From the sequence record MK568540.2: DNA of 64,000 nucleotides; one strand, 5' to 3'. A program made the translations under genes and the position numbers. Position 1 is the first letter of the stretch. Every line of letters begins with the position of its first letter. The notes under the pieces are model-generated. The model searched no databases. It was given only the letters and a program-made list of their open reading frames with translations, and was not told where the DNA came from. This document shows, in pieces, positions 54,895 to 63,365 of this stretch.

Positions 54895-55166
54895 TGTACA
54901 CTCTCCCGCATAGCGATCATTGCGGTGTAGTTCATTACACTCACGTGATCATTATCTTCAAGTGCTTTATCGCGCAACTCATAGAGATAGTCGATAGAGC
55001 ACACATTAGGGTCGAACCAACCATGACGACCTTTCTTGCGTGCATCAGCAAGTTTTCTAGCCATTTCGTGACTAGAAGCAATGATCAATTGCTTATCAGC
55101 CCACTCTTCGTCTGGTTCAATTGATGGGTCAATAGCTAAATTCATGCTTATTTGAAAGAAGTTCAT
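54891..55166 (-). CDS. hypothetical protein
   Basis: KL...R.KGR.GW...C...D...Y.AMI motif common in phages. Confidence 0.7.
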   Translation of the reverse strand: MNFFQISMNLAIDPSIEPDEEWADKQLIIASSHEMARKLADARKKGRHGWFDPNVCSIDYLYELRDKALEDNDHVSVMNYTAMIAMRESVQ

Positions 55167-55168
55167 AA

Positions 55169-55633
55169 TTACCCCAGTGTCAATGTATTCATCATTTGTG
55201 TTTTATAGTTATCACCTAGACCGCTACTGCGTGCAGCTTGAATACCGATGTAGATGCGCTTGTTGAATGGTTTCACGATTGACTCTAGAATTTCAACGAT
55301 GTCGTGACCTAACATAGGCTGCACGTGCTCGATGAAGATATGTTCACGATCTTGAGTACATGCAAATGAAACTGCCTCAATGAGTTTTTCAAGATTCAGT
55401 CCACCACATACAACCAATGCACCAACACCAATTTTATTAGCCATATTAGCGGGATGTGTTTCTGTAACGATCATTGTACAGTTGTCGATGCCACGTTGCA
55501 TCATCATACCCAATAGCATAGTGTTTTTACCACTTGCAGGTGAGCCTAGAACAACTGTGCTGTACTCGCCATTTAAAATACTCAGCTTAGAAACAGTAGT
55601 GTTCGCAGCGCGTAGAATGTCTTTTGGTGTCAT
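55169..55633 (-). CDS. P-loop protein, truncated/degenerate RecA-DnaB-like
   Basis: VLGSPASGKNT Walker A; IFIEHVQ; IGIQ; start refined to MTPKD. Confidence 0.5.
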   Translation of the reverse strand: MTPKDILRAANTTVSKLSILNGEYSTVVLGSPASGKNTMLLGMMMQRGIDNCTMIVTETHPANMANKIGVGALVVCGGLNLEKLIEAVSFACTQDREHIFIEHVQPMLGHDIVEILESIVKPFNKRIYIGIQAARSSGLGDNYKTQMMNTLTLG

Positions 55634-55766
55634 AATATAAATCTCTTTTTGTTGGATTATTGAACGTTTAATCAGAATATGCCTTATGATAAGCATTTTT
55701 TACACTTTAGTCAACAATTATTTTGTCTTTTTTATGAGAAAATTGTAAATCAAGTAGTGTTGTAGC

Positions 55767-55774
55767 ACTAAATA
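55767..55774 (+). promoter_or_regulatory. possible late promoter
   Basis: ACTAAATA, TAAATA core, ahead of the only internal plus-strand gene. Confidence 0.45.
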
Positions 55775-55794
55775 TATCATACACAATATTTTAT

Positions 55795-55883
55795 TCAGTT
55801 TCGAGGGTCGTGACTATGTATCGCATTGGTCACTGCGAGTATTGGTTCCAACTATAGTCGCTTCCCTCGTTTTTTATTACTGA
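55795..55883 (+). ncRNA. candidate structured RNA / 5' leader
   Basis: nested stems CGAGGG/CCCTCG, GTGACTAT/ATAGTCGC, TCGCA/TGCGA, TTGG/CCAA, TCAGT/ACTGA. Confidence 0.45.
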
Positions 55884-55898
55884 CAACAAAGGAATACC

Positions 55899-56459
55899 GT
55901 GATGGAACTTAAAACATTTGATGAATATAAAGAAACAGAGCTTAAAGAAGCTACAATAAAGCAATGGGCTGGTCGTTCTGCATTAGCTGGTGCATCTCTC
56001 GGTGCTGCATTTGGCTTTATGACCGCAGCAGCGGGTGCGACAGCAACAGGTGGTTTGGCAGTCGCTGTACCACTTGCAACATGGGGTGCAATTAGTCTCG
56101 GTATTCATGGTCTTATTGGTGGTGCGTTATTTGCAGGCGGTCAAGCACGCAAAGACTACAGCGAACTCAAAAAGACTATGAAGAAAATCGAGAAGTATCG
56201 CTCACTGAAACAAGACGATATCACTGAGAAGAAAGTAGCAGCATTTGAAAAAGACTTAGAGCGTTCGTTGTTCTTAGTTCGTAAGCTTCGCACAAGTCTC
56301 AACAGTGACATTGATATTGCAACAGCGAAAGGCGTATTTCGTAGCGACATCAAGCAATCTGATCAATATCTTCAAGGTCTTGAGAAGATGGAAGCAGAGC
56401 TGATAAAGATTGAAAAGGCTACTAAACGTGCTAAAAAAGCCGCTAAGAAGTCAAAATAA
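55899..56459 (+). CDS. Gly/Ala-rich hydrophobic + coiled-coil protein, possible internal/ejected virion protein
   Basis: MELKTFDEY..ELKEA N-terminus; ~55-aa Gly-zipper-like segment; Lys-rich tail. Confidence 0.7.
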   Translation: MMELKTFDEYKETELKEATIKQWAGRSALAGASLGAAFGFMTAAAGATATGGLAVAVPLATWGAISLGIHGLIGGALFAGGQARKDYSELKKTMKKIEKYRSLKQDDITEKKVAAFEKDLERSLFLVRKLRTSLNSDIDIATAKGVFRSDIKQSDQYLQGLEKMEAELIKIEKATKRAKKAAKKSK

Positions 56460-56460
56460 C

Positions 56461-56490
56461 AAAAAAGGGAGCTAATTGCTCCCTTTTTTT
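56461..56490. terminator. bidirectional intrinsic terminator
   Basis: aaaaaagggagc-taatt-gctcccttttttt. Confidence 0.8.
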
Positions 56491-56980
56491 ATCTGCGACG
56501 TTTTTTAAACTTCGATTTTTTCACTTTTTTGACTGCTCGATTTAAAAAGCTTTCTTTTTTCTGTTTCTTCTTGACTACAGTCTTTGTTATCTTCTTCGCT
56601 TCTACCTTTTTAGGTTCAACACGTTTAATCACTGGCGCTTTCTTTACAGGCTGCTTGATTACAACTTGTTTAACGTGCGTCTTCTTCGACTCAAAAGAAT
56701 CACCTACTTCGTCGATTAACTCAGCAGCAACAAAACCAATCGCTGCATCACCTAAATCAAACCCGTCATCTTGCTGTACAACGACTGTCTGTGGTTGTTG
56801 CGGTTGTTCTTCAACAACAGGCGGCGTCACATCAAACTTTTCAGTAGTTGGTGCGTCAACTAGTAGCTGTTCATCTTCTTGTTCAGCATAGTAAGCGTTA
56901 GTATCAAGCGTCGCAGGTTTGTTGTCACATGCGGCAAGTGTCAGTGTTGCTAGTGCAACGAGTATAATTTTACGAATCAT
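56489..56980 (-). CDS. lipoprotein with Lys-rich C-terminus
   Basis: lipobox LAA-C; acidic/Pro linker; KK-rich tail. Confidence 0.7.
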   Translation of the reverse strand: MIRKIILVALATLTLAACDNKPATLDTNAYYAEQEDEQLLVDAPTTEKFDVTPPVVEEQPQQPQTVVVQQDDGFDLGDAAIGFVAAELIDEVGDSFESKKTHVKQVVIKQPVKKAPVIKRVEPKKVEAKKITKTVVKKKQKKESFLNRAVKKVKKSKFKKRRR

Positions 56981-57660
56981 AATAGCTCCGTGTGAAATAA
57001 TTCACTAGTTTCTTCAAAGAATTTAACAGCATCTTTTTCATTGATGAAAGTATGCCACTTCATTGATGTATGTTGCGTTTCGACTATTAGCTGATTTATT
57101 GCTACGACATATCGACCGCTATCATCTTGACCAAGTGTAACAAATCTATCGGCTTTATCGTTGCTGTCAAAATACTGATCAATTATTGTATCTATACCAT
57201 GTGCATCTTTATCAAATCGAACTTCTTGATCGATGCCTAAATGCGTCTCAAGACGGTCTAGTTTGTGCAATAATGCATCGTTCTGACTCTTCAACACGCG
57301 ATTCTGAATGCTTTTATCAAACTTGGACACGACCCATGAGTTGATAATACCAATAGTCAAACCCAGTAACGATGTACCAACAACAAACATACACCCGATG
57401 ACATATCGACCACCTGTAGTGACAGGGTACTTGTCACCAAAACCGATTGTACTCATTGCCATCCATACTGTCCAGAAAGAATCACCCGGTGTTGTGATGT
57501 TCGCGTCAGGGTTTTGTATTTCGAATGAAAATAATATATTTGCCGCAGTAAGTGCTATTGATAGAGCGATTACTATCATCAAACCGAATATCATCAGCAT
57601 ATTATACTGAGCAACTCCATGCTCATCGTATTTTCGAATATGTTTCTTAAATCGTTTCAT
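56977..57660 (-). CDS. two-TM potassium channel (KcsA-like)
   Basis: TM1, turret ..GDSFW, pore helix + MSTIGFGD filter, YPVT.GGR, TM2. Confidence 0.9.
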   Translation of the reverse strand: MKRFKKHIRKYDEHGVAQYNMLMIFGLMIVIALSIALTAANILFSFEIQNPDANITTPGDSFWTVWMAMSTIGFGDKYPVTTGGRYVIGCMFVVGTSLLGLTIGIINSWVVSKFDKSIQNRVLKSQNDALLHKLDRLETHLGIDQEVRFDKDAHGIDTIIDQYFDSNDKADRFVTLGQDDSGRYVVAINQLIVETQHTSMKWHTFINEKDAVKFFEETSELFHTELL

Positions 57661-57991
57661 TGTCGTTCACCGCCAGTGCAATTGTGAATTGAAAGTATTC
57701 TTTAAGTTCTGCATAATCAGAATCACTTAGAGTTTCTTTGATGAATTTGATAGTTGCCTTCAATGCACCGTGAGGCAAGATAACTTGATCATCGTTGCAG
57801 TACTCAATGTCATAACGCTCGGCTAACACATTCAGATGATAATCGCGATATACTGAACGTTGAATACTGTTCATGCAGCCATATGCGAAAGCAAGAGCAC
57901 TGCGGTATTTTTCTTTATTAACGACCGCTGCGTCATTCTGTTCGACAAGTGCTTCAACAGCGCGTAAGTCAGTAGCGTTCATAACTTTCAT
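57647..57991 (-). CDS. hypothetical protein
   Basis: 114 aa, GAGG SD. Confidence 0.7.
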   Translation of the reverse strand: MKVMNATDLRAVEALVEQNDAAVVNKEKYRSALAFAYGCMNSIQRSVYRDYHLNVLAERYDIEYCNDDQVILPHGALKATIKFIKETLSDSDYAELKEYFQFTIALAVNDNETI

Positions 57992-58003
57992 AATGTTTTC
58001 CTC

Positions 58004-58261
58004 TTATAAGCAATCAATGTGAACTTCGATAGAATTTAGGTCATCAGACGAGAACCACGTAATATCATACGGTTGAACTTCATCTGTGTCGTCATCATGA
58101 ACATAACCAACACCAATACTACCTCGACGCGGTGAAACTACAAGACAGCCGATGATTTCACGATACTCAGTGATTGTGTGAACTTCACCATCAGTAGTTG
58201 TACAAGCATAGTCGATGTCATATGTTGATTCTAGTGAAGCGATAATTTGTTGTGCAGTCAT
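58004..58261 (-). CDS. hypothetical protein
   Basis: 85 aa after cassette leader. Confidence 0.7.
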   Translation of the reverse strand: MTAQQIIASLESTYDIDYACTTTDGEVHTITEYREIIGCLVVSPRRGSIGVGYVHDDDTDEVQPYDITWFSSDDLNSIEVHIDCL

Positions 58262-58280
58262 AATGTTCTCTTTCGTTGTT

Positions 58281-58335
58281 TCGTTTCAGTAGTTGTATAA
58301 TACACAAAAGGGCTGACCGAAGTCAACCCTTTTTT
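58281..58335 (-). promoter_or_regulatory. fused terminator/early promoter
   Basis: TTGACT(58321-26)-18-TATTAT(58297-302) in gggttgac/gtcagccc hairpin. Confidence 0.75.
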
Positions 58336-58339
58336 AAAA

Positions 58340-59380
58340 TTATTTCAAAGTATTTTTGTCTAGCTCTTTCAGAACTAGATATTCGCTACAGCGCAACTTG
58401 GTGTTGTTGTAATCAGATGGTACAGACACAACATCACGTGGGTTGACTTTACAAAGCACGACGCGATTACCCGCAGCACCACCAAAGTGTGGCAAGTAAC
58501 CTTTCGAACAGACATGCAGACCAGCCGAACAAGTTTGATCTTTGTTGTCGTTCACTTGGTGACGCAACATCCATACACGTGTACCTGGCTTATTGCACAT
58601 TTTGTTACTGTGAATGTCTTTGTAGTTGTCGCGAATCTTTTTGTACGCTAAGAAGTGACCATCATCGGTTAGTTCGATATCAGCAGCTTCTAAGAAGCCG
58701 TAAAGCTCTTCGACAGCGCGACGCGATGGGTTCTCGATTAGATTCTCGAAGAACTTCACGAGTTTAGTCACTTGAGTCTTGTCACCATCTTCCATAGCTT
58801 CAAGAATGCGACCAGTCATACCACCATCGATATCAAGGTCTTTGTACTTAACAACGCCACCTTTCACTTTGACATTACCAAGCATAAACTCTTCAATGCC
58901 TTTTGCTACATCTAGAAGTTCAACTGCGGTAGCACCGTCATTGTCTAGCAATGCTTCAACGATCTTGCTGTAGTTCGGTGCTGTGATATCGGCAGAATAA
59001 GCTTGACCGTCAACAGTAAAAGACACGTTAACTGGCGTGATTACATAAGCGAATTCTTCAATCGCCTCGTCAAGCTTTTGATCAAGAGTCTTTTCAGGCT
59101 CAGGTGCTTTCGTCTTAGGCGTTGGCTCTTTAGTACCAGTAGTGTCTAGCAACTTCTCTAGGTTTTCTTTGAATACGTCTTGACAATGTTGTTTACGGCG
59201 CGGGCGTTTGACAACTTGCTTTGCAGTATTCAAGCTGAATTTACCATCACGATGTTCAGCAAGAACACGGCGTAGAGTGGTTGGCGAAGTCCCATGCTTC
59301 GCCGCGTTGTCTTTCTGTGTCATACCATTAGCAGATGCTTTAACGATAGACTGTTTTGTTTCGAGTGGCAAGTTAACCAT
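58340..59380 (-). CDS. rIIB: RIIB lysis-inhibition accessory protein
   Basis: N-terminal HTH; NPS...ELY.FL, DGHFLAYK, CS.GLHVC, V.P.DVVSVP.DY. Confidence 0.92.
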   Translation of the reverse strand: MVNLPLETKQSIVKASANGMTQKDNAAKHGTSPTTLRRVLAEHRDGKFSLNTAKQVVKRPRRKQHCQDVFKENLEKLLDTTGTKEPTPKTKAPEPEKTLDQKLDEAIEEFAYVITPVNVSFTVDGQAYSADITAPNYSKIVEALLDNDGATAVELLDVAKGIEEFMLGNVKVKGGVVKYKDLDIDGGMTGRILEAMEDGDKTQVTKLVKFFENLIENPSRRAVEELYGFLEAADIELTDDGHFLAYKKIRDNYKDIHSNKMCNKPGTRVWMLRHQVNDNKDQTCSAGLHVCSKGYLPHFGGAAGNRVVLCKVNPRDVVSVPSDYNNTKLRCSEYLVLKELDKNTLK

Positions 59381-61442
59381 TGCGTTTTCCTCTCAAGAGT
59401 TTAATTAGTTTTGTAGTTGATTCTTCACACGTGTTAGAACCAACAAGTTTGAATAGCAATTCATATTTCGATTCATTTTGAATCTTTTTCAACTTCTCTA
59501 AGTGCTTTTCTTGCTCTTGTGTTCGAACGTCGCGAATAGCAGAGAAGTGGTCGCACAGTCGATCAATCGTCTGATTACACGTGTGATAAGAACGAGCGTA
59601 ACCGAAATGATTACGAACAGCATCATTATTCCACGTCATCACAAGCGCACTGCGATACCCGTACAGATTGTTATCAACTGTGTATGATTTCCAATCAATT
59701 TTACTACGCAATTCACGCTTGTTAAACTTAATATCAAAGATATTTACAGCATTTTCATTACCTTTGATGTGAACGTACTCAGGACGTCGAGCGATGTAAA
59801 CAACATCAATGCCTTTAATACGCATAATCGTCTCGATCATACCCAACGAACGATGGTAATCAAGACCATGACCACACTCTGGTACTTTCTCAATGTAATC
59901 ACGGAACAGACTTACGTAATGAAACGAACCGCTCTTTAATACTTCGCGTTTAACGTCAGATGCTTTAACTGTACGCTCGCCGTCTTCATTAATTCGCATT
60001 TCATACAAACGAATTGTAGCTGACACTGGTTTTTTCTTGACGCTCTTCTTCTGAGGCGTGTAATTCGCTTTCAAATCAGACGTTTTCAACACGCGATACT
60101 CACAATCACGAAGACGTTCTTTGAAGAATGCCAACGGTGCAGTCGTAGACGGCTTATCGTCATGATGATAGAAAATACTCACGTTTTCTTGACGAATATA
60201 TTCTTTTGTGATTGCAACACCACCAGACTTCAAATCGTCAACAATGACCGTAATCGGTTTTTTAGAGTAATCATTACGCGGGTTGACCAAGTCGTACGGA
60301 CGCGCAGCACGGGTATTGCGTTGAACACCTTCTTTATTGCTGCACTCAGGTCGCATACGTACAGTTTTACCCATAATCGGGAAATCTTTAAGCATACGAC
60401 TTGCATAAGTCGCCACAAGCTCGTCATTAAACTTCAGCTTCTTCAGCACAACGTCATTGAAACGATTGTCACAAGCGCGATATGCATCACCGATATAATC
60501 AAAGTTTTGATCATCAACCCATTTCTGTGCTTCAGCTAGAAACTTAGAATTGATTTCATTCACACGCTTATTGATATTGTCAATCGTATAGTCATCATAG
60601 TGAAGCTCTTCACGAGACGCACTGACATCGAGTTCACCAATCGGGAATTCAATGTATAGATCAGAGTTCTTGAAGTAGTTTCGAACTAGATGAATATCTT
60701 GAATGTGATATTCACTTAGTGGGTAACAAACATTGCCCATTACTGCGTAAACATCACCAGAACGCCATGAATTCTTCTTGTTTTCAGTGAAGTAACCGTC
60801 CATATGAGTGAAATTACGCTCAGAAAGAGTGATATTCGTCTCAACAGCAGGTGCTTTGAAGTACGGCATTACTTTGTTTGCAGCTTCTTTGAAGCGATTG
60901 AAGTCTTCTTTACGTACTGGTACGATTACTTCAACACCATCAGGCTCATCAGTTGGTGCAGGCTCTGACATACAAGTGATTGCAGGTTCGCCATTATCAA
61001 GATAAGCAGAGTAAACCGCTTTAAGACCGTTCTTTGTTGACTTAACAGTGAACGATTGACCGTTGTTATAGCTAAACGGTGTCTTAGAACCAAGACCCAT
61101 TGCACCAATCACGTCGTTCGAGTCGTCTTTCGTCGAATCAAAAACAGTCGTGTACACGCCAAAGATCTCGTCATCGCTCATACCACAACCGAAATCTTTC
61201 ACTGCAAACCATGGTTCAAACTGATTCGGCAAGTGTACTTCGATTGCTTTATCGATATTTTTGTTCATTTGATGAGCATCCCAGCCGTTACATGTCAATT
61301 CACGTACAATAGCTAGAATAGGGTCTTTGTATAGTGTAGTCGAAATAATACGAAAGCCTTTTGCACTTGCTTTCATATTAAAGCCAGCCGTTCGCATCTT
61401 ACCAGATGTTTGGACTTTACTTTCAGGGGTATGAATAATCAT
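59373..61442 (-). CDS. rIIA: RIIA protein (GHKL ATPase N-domain)
   Basis: LY.DP..AIVREL..N..DA, V.DFG.GM, STK, GAMGLGSK; upstream of rIIB. Confidence 0.92.
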   Translation of the reverse strand: MIIHTPESKVQTSGKMRTAGFNMKASAKGFRIISTTLYKDPILAIVRELTCNGWDAHQMNKNIDKAIEVHLPNQFEPWFAVKDFGCGMSDDEIFGVYTTVFDSTKDDSNDVIGAMGLGSKTPFSYNNGQSFTVKSTKNGLKAVYSAYLDNGEPAITCMSEPAPTDEPDGVEVIVPVRKEDFNRFKEAANKVMPYFKAPAVETNITLSERNFTHMDGYFTENKKNSWRSGDVYAVMGNVCYPLSEYHIQDIHLVRNYFKNSDLYIEFPIGELDVSASREELHYDDYTIDNINKRVNEINSKFLAEAQKWVDDQNFDYIGDAYRACDNRFNDVVLKKLKFNDELVATYASRMLKDFPIMGKTVRMRPECSNKEGVQRNTRAARPYDLVNPRNDYSKKPITVIVDDLKSGGVAITKEYIRQENVSIFYHHDDKPSTTAPLAFFKERLRDCEYRVLKTSDLKANYTPQKKSVKKKPVSATIRLYEMRINEDGERTVKASDVKREVLKSGSFHYVSLFRDYIEKVPECGHGLDYHRSLGMIETIMRIKGIDVVYIARRPEYVHIKGNENAVNIFDIKFNKRELRSKIDWKSYTVDNNLYGYRSALVMTWNNDAVRNHFGYARSYHTCNQTIDRLCDHFSAIRDVRTQEQEKHLEKLKKIQNESKYELLFKLVGSNTCEESTTKLIKLLRGKRNG

Positions 61443-61449
61443 GTATTTC

Positions 61450-61587
61450 TCACATATCGTTAATTACCTCGTTTAGAGCGTCCACTGCTTCTATATGAGG
61501 CATCTTGTATTGCTTTTCAAGACAATGAATGATGTCATCGAATTCATATTCAGACTCAATCATGTCGCGTATCATGTTGTCAATCAT
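61450..61587 (-). CDS. 45-aa acidic microprotein (not in ORF track)
   Basis: MIDNMIRDMIESEYE...; GGAG SD. Confidence 0.5.
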   Translation of the reverse strand: MIDNMIRDMIESEYEFDDIIHCLEKQYKMPHIEAVDALNEVINDM

Positions 61588-61643
61588 AGTAGTTCTCCTT
61601 CATTTTAAGAGCATTATACACAATTGACAACTCACGTCAACAA

Positions 61644-61952
61644 CTATCGAGGGATTACCGTGCGAAGATTTGCAGCTTCTACTAACGCAGCGCGATAAGC
61701 ATCTGGATACTTTTGCTCGACGATTTCAGGTTCGACAATCGTCGCTGAACTACCGCAAGGTAATTTGGCATTGTTGCTAACACCACCATAAGTTCTGAGT
61801 TCTAGGTATTTACGACGATCATCAGGCAAGTCAACAACGAGCAGTACGCTCATTGAGTAAGAACGACCTGAGTTCTTTGCACGCAATACAAAGTCACCGT
61901 CTTTAATTTCTCGACCGAAAAAATCTGTTTGTCTAGTCATCACATGCCTCAC
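61644..61952 (-). CDS. hypothetical protein
   Basis: D.FGREIK.GD.V motif; start probably MTRQTD. Confidence 0.65.
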   Translation of the reverse strand: MRHVMTRQTDFFGREIKDGDFVLRAKNSGRSYSMSVLLVVDLPDDRRKYLELRTYGGVSNNAKLPCGSSATIVEPEIVEQKYPDAYRAALVEAANLRTVIPR

Positions 61953-62205
61953 TCAGTGTTGATTGACCGAAATACCAGCTACCTGCAAATGTAAGTTTCT
62001 TGCAGCCGTCTTTGGTGAAATCTTGCCAGAAGTCTACTTGCCAACCGTTTGTCTCAAGATCATGAGCTTCGTAGCCAATTTCTTGTAAGTAGTTGACAAT
62101 ATCAAACGGAGTAAACTCTTGCACGCTGTGTGCAATATTTGAACCTGCTTCAATTTTTTCAATCGCGAGGTCAATTACTTCTTTGATTCGAGTTTTATCT
62201 ACCAT
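61933..62205 (-). CDS. hypothetical protein
   Basis: 90 aa; NGWQ.DFW. Confidence 0.7.
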   Translation of the reverse strand: MVDKTRIKEVIDLAIEKIEAGSNIAHSVQEFTPFDIVNYLQEIGYEAHDLETNGWQVDFWQDFTKDGCKKLTFAGSWYFGQSTLSEACDD

Positions 62206-62603
62206 TTTCGAATAATATCCCCGTTGTTTGTGCTTACATTACCAGCAACATCACCACATTTGATATCACCGTTTGTTGATGATACTGAACCATCAACATC
62301 GTCACATTCAATATCGCCATTAGTCGTTGTCACGTCACCTTGTACGTTACGACATGCAATATTGCCGTTCTCGTTTTGAACAAGAGTACAGTCACCATCA
62401 ATGTACACGTTTACCACGCGGTCATCAATATCACCTTGCAAACGACCGTCAACAACGACTTTGCCGTTCTTAACTGTCACGCTTGTACCGTGATACTCAG
62501 TACCATTGATCTTAATCGTACTACGACTTGCTAGATTTGCTTTAAAATTGGACATAGATTCCCTTATTTTTCTCATTTTCGTAAACGACATGCCACTCTC
62601 CAC
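62199..62603 (-). CDS. beta-repeat (DUF4097-like) protein
   Basis: repeated V.G.VSTTNGDI.C units. Confidence 0.7.
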   Translation of the reverse strand: MESGMSFTKMRKIRESMSNFKANLASRSTIKINGTEYHGTSVTVKNGKVVVDGRLQGDIDDRVVNVYIDGDCTLVQNENGNIACRNVQGDVTTTNGDIECDDVDGSVSSTNGDIKCGDVAGNVSTNNGDIIRKW

Positions 62604-62788
62604 ATGTAAACATCACCGAGCGTAGATTCAGTTGAAACCAAGTAGGTCTCTAGCAATAGTTCGCTTTTGCGACTAAACAACTGAGTGCCGAATAGTGAAT
62701 AATGAACATCACCATCTACGATTTTCATTTGTTGTGGTTTGTCGAATGTGTCTAGTAGACCTTCATAAGTTTCAACTGAAGTAATCAT
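62573..62788 (-). CDS. hypothetical protein
   Basis: 71 aa. Confidence 0.5.
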   Translation of the reverse strand: MITSVETYEGLLDTFDKPQQMKIVDGDVHYSLFGTQLFSRKSELLLETYLVSTESTLGDVYMWRVACRLRK

Positions 62789-63363
62789 ATTACTATAATC
62801 TCTGCTTTACCTGCGTAACCTTTTTGAAATACAAAGTGCGCATACTCAATCGAGTCTGTGCCTTTTGTACCGTGAAATGATGGTCTTCGATGATGAACCA
62901 TCACTGCTCTCAGGGGTGCTTCATCCCAGAAAGGCTTTCGTTTGATACTACCTAGCCAGTTAAGACGTTGTAGCATGACAACATAACCACCATTCTTGAC
63001 TTCGCTCAGTGCTTTCTCTGCAAAATCAACTGATAAGCTGAACGGTGGGTTAGTCATGATCATATCGTAGTAATTCACTTGAACATCAGCTTCAAGATAG
63101 TTCGCGATAATTTGCGCGTGACTGTCTTCGCGAATGTCCATTGTGTCAATATCAACATGATACAAACTCTTGTATGCTACGGGATATGCTGCTTTGTGTT
63201 CTGAACAACCACCACATGATGGGTCGAGCACGTACATACCTGCCATGCTCTTCTCGTGCTCATGCTGAATGCGAGTTTCAAACTCTAGTAGAAACTCTTC
63301 AACAATCCAGTCTGGCGTAGCGTAGTAATCGTCTTTGTTGACTTTACCTTTTGTGCTACTCAT
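62785..63363 (-). CDS. amino (N6A/N4C) DNA methyltransferase
   Basis: DYYATP, VLDPSCG SAM-binding, MTNPPF catalytic motif. Confidence 0.85.
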   Translation of the reverse strand: MSSTKGKVNKDDYYATPDWIVEEFLLEFETRIQHEHEKSMAGMYVLDPSCGGCSEHKAAYPVAYKSLYHVDIDTMDIREDSHAQIIANYLEADVQVNYYDMIMTNPPFSLSVDFAEKALSEVKNGGYVVMLQRLNWLGSIKRKPFWDEAPLRAVMVHHRRPSFHGTKGTDSIEYAHFVFQKGYAGKAEIIVI

Positions 63364-63365
63364 TT

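Noticed and set aside
55795-55883. tRNA or hammerhead ribozyme
   Set aside because: No TTCRA T-loop, cloverleaf geometry or CCA end, and no CUGAUGA/GAAA core. Kept only as an unclassified structured RNA.
976-61316. Many plus-strand and alternative-frame ORFs in the track (e.g. 976..1290, 4804..5073, 23975..24253, 56529..56891)
   Set aside because: They overlap well-supported minus-strand genes, lack SD or promoter context and have low-complexity antisense-type composition.
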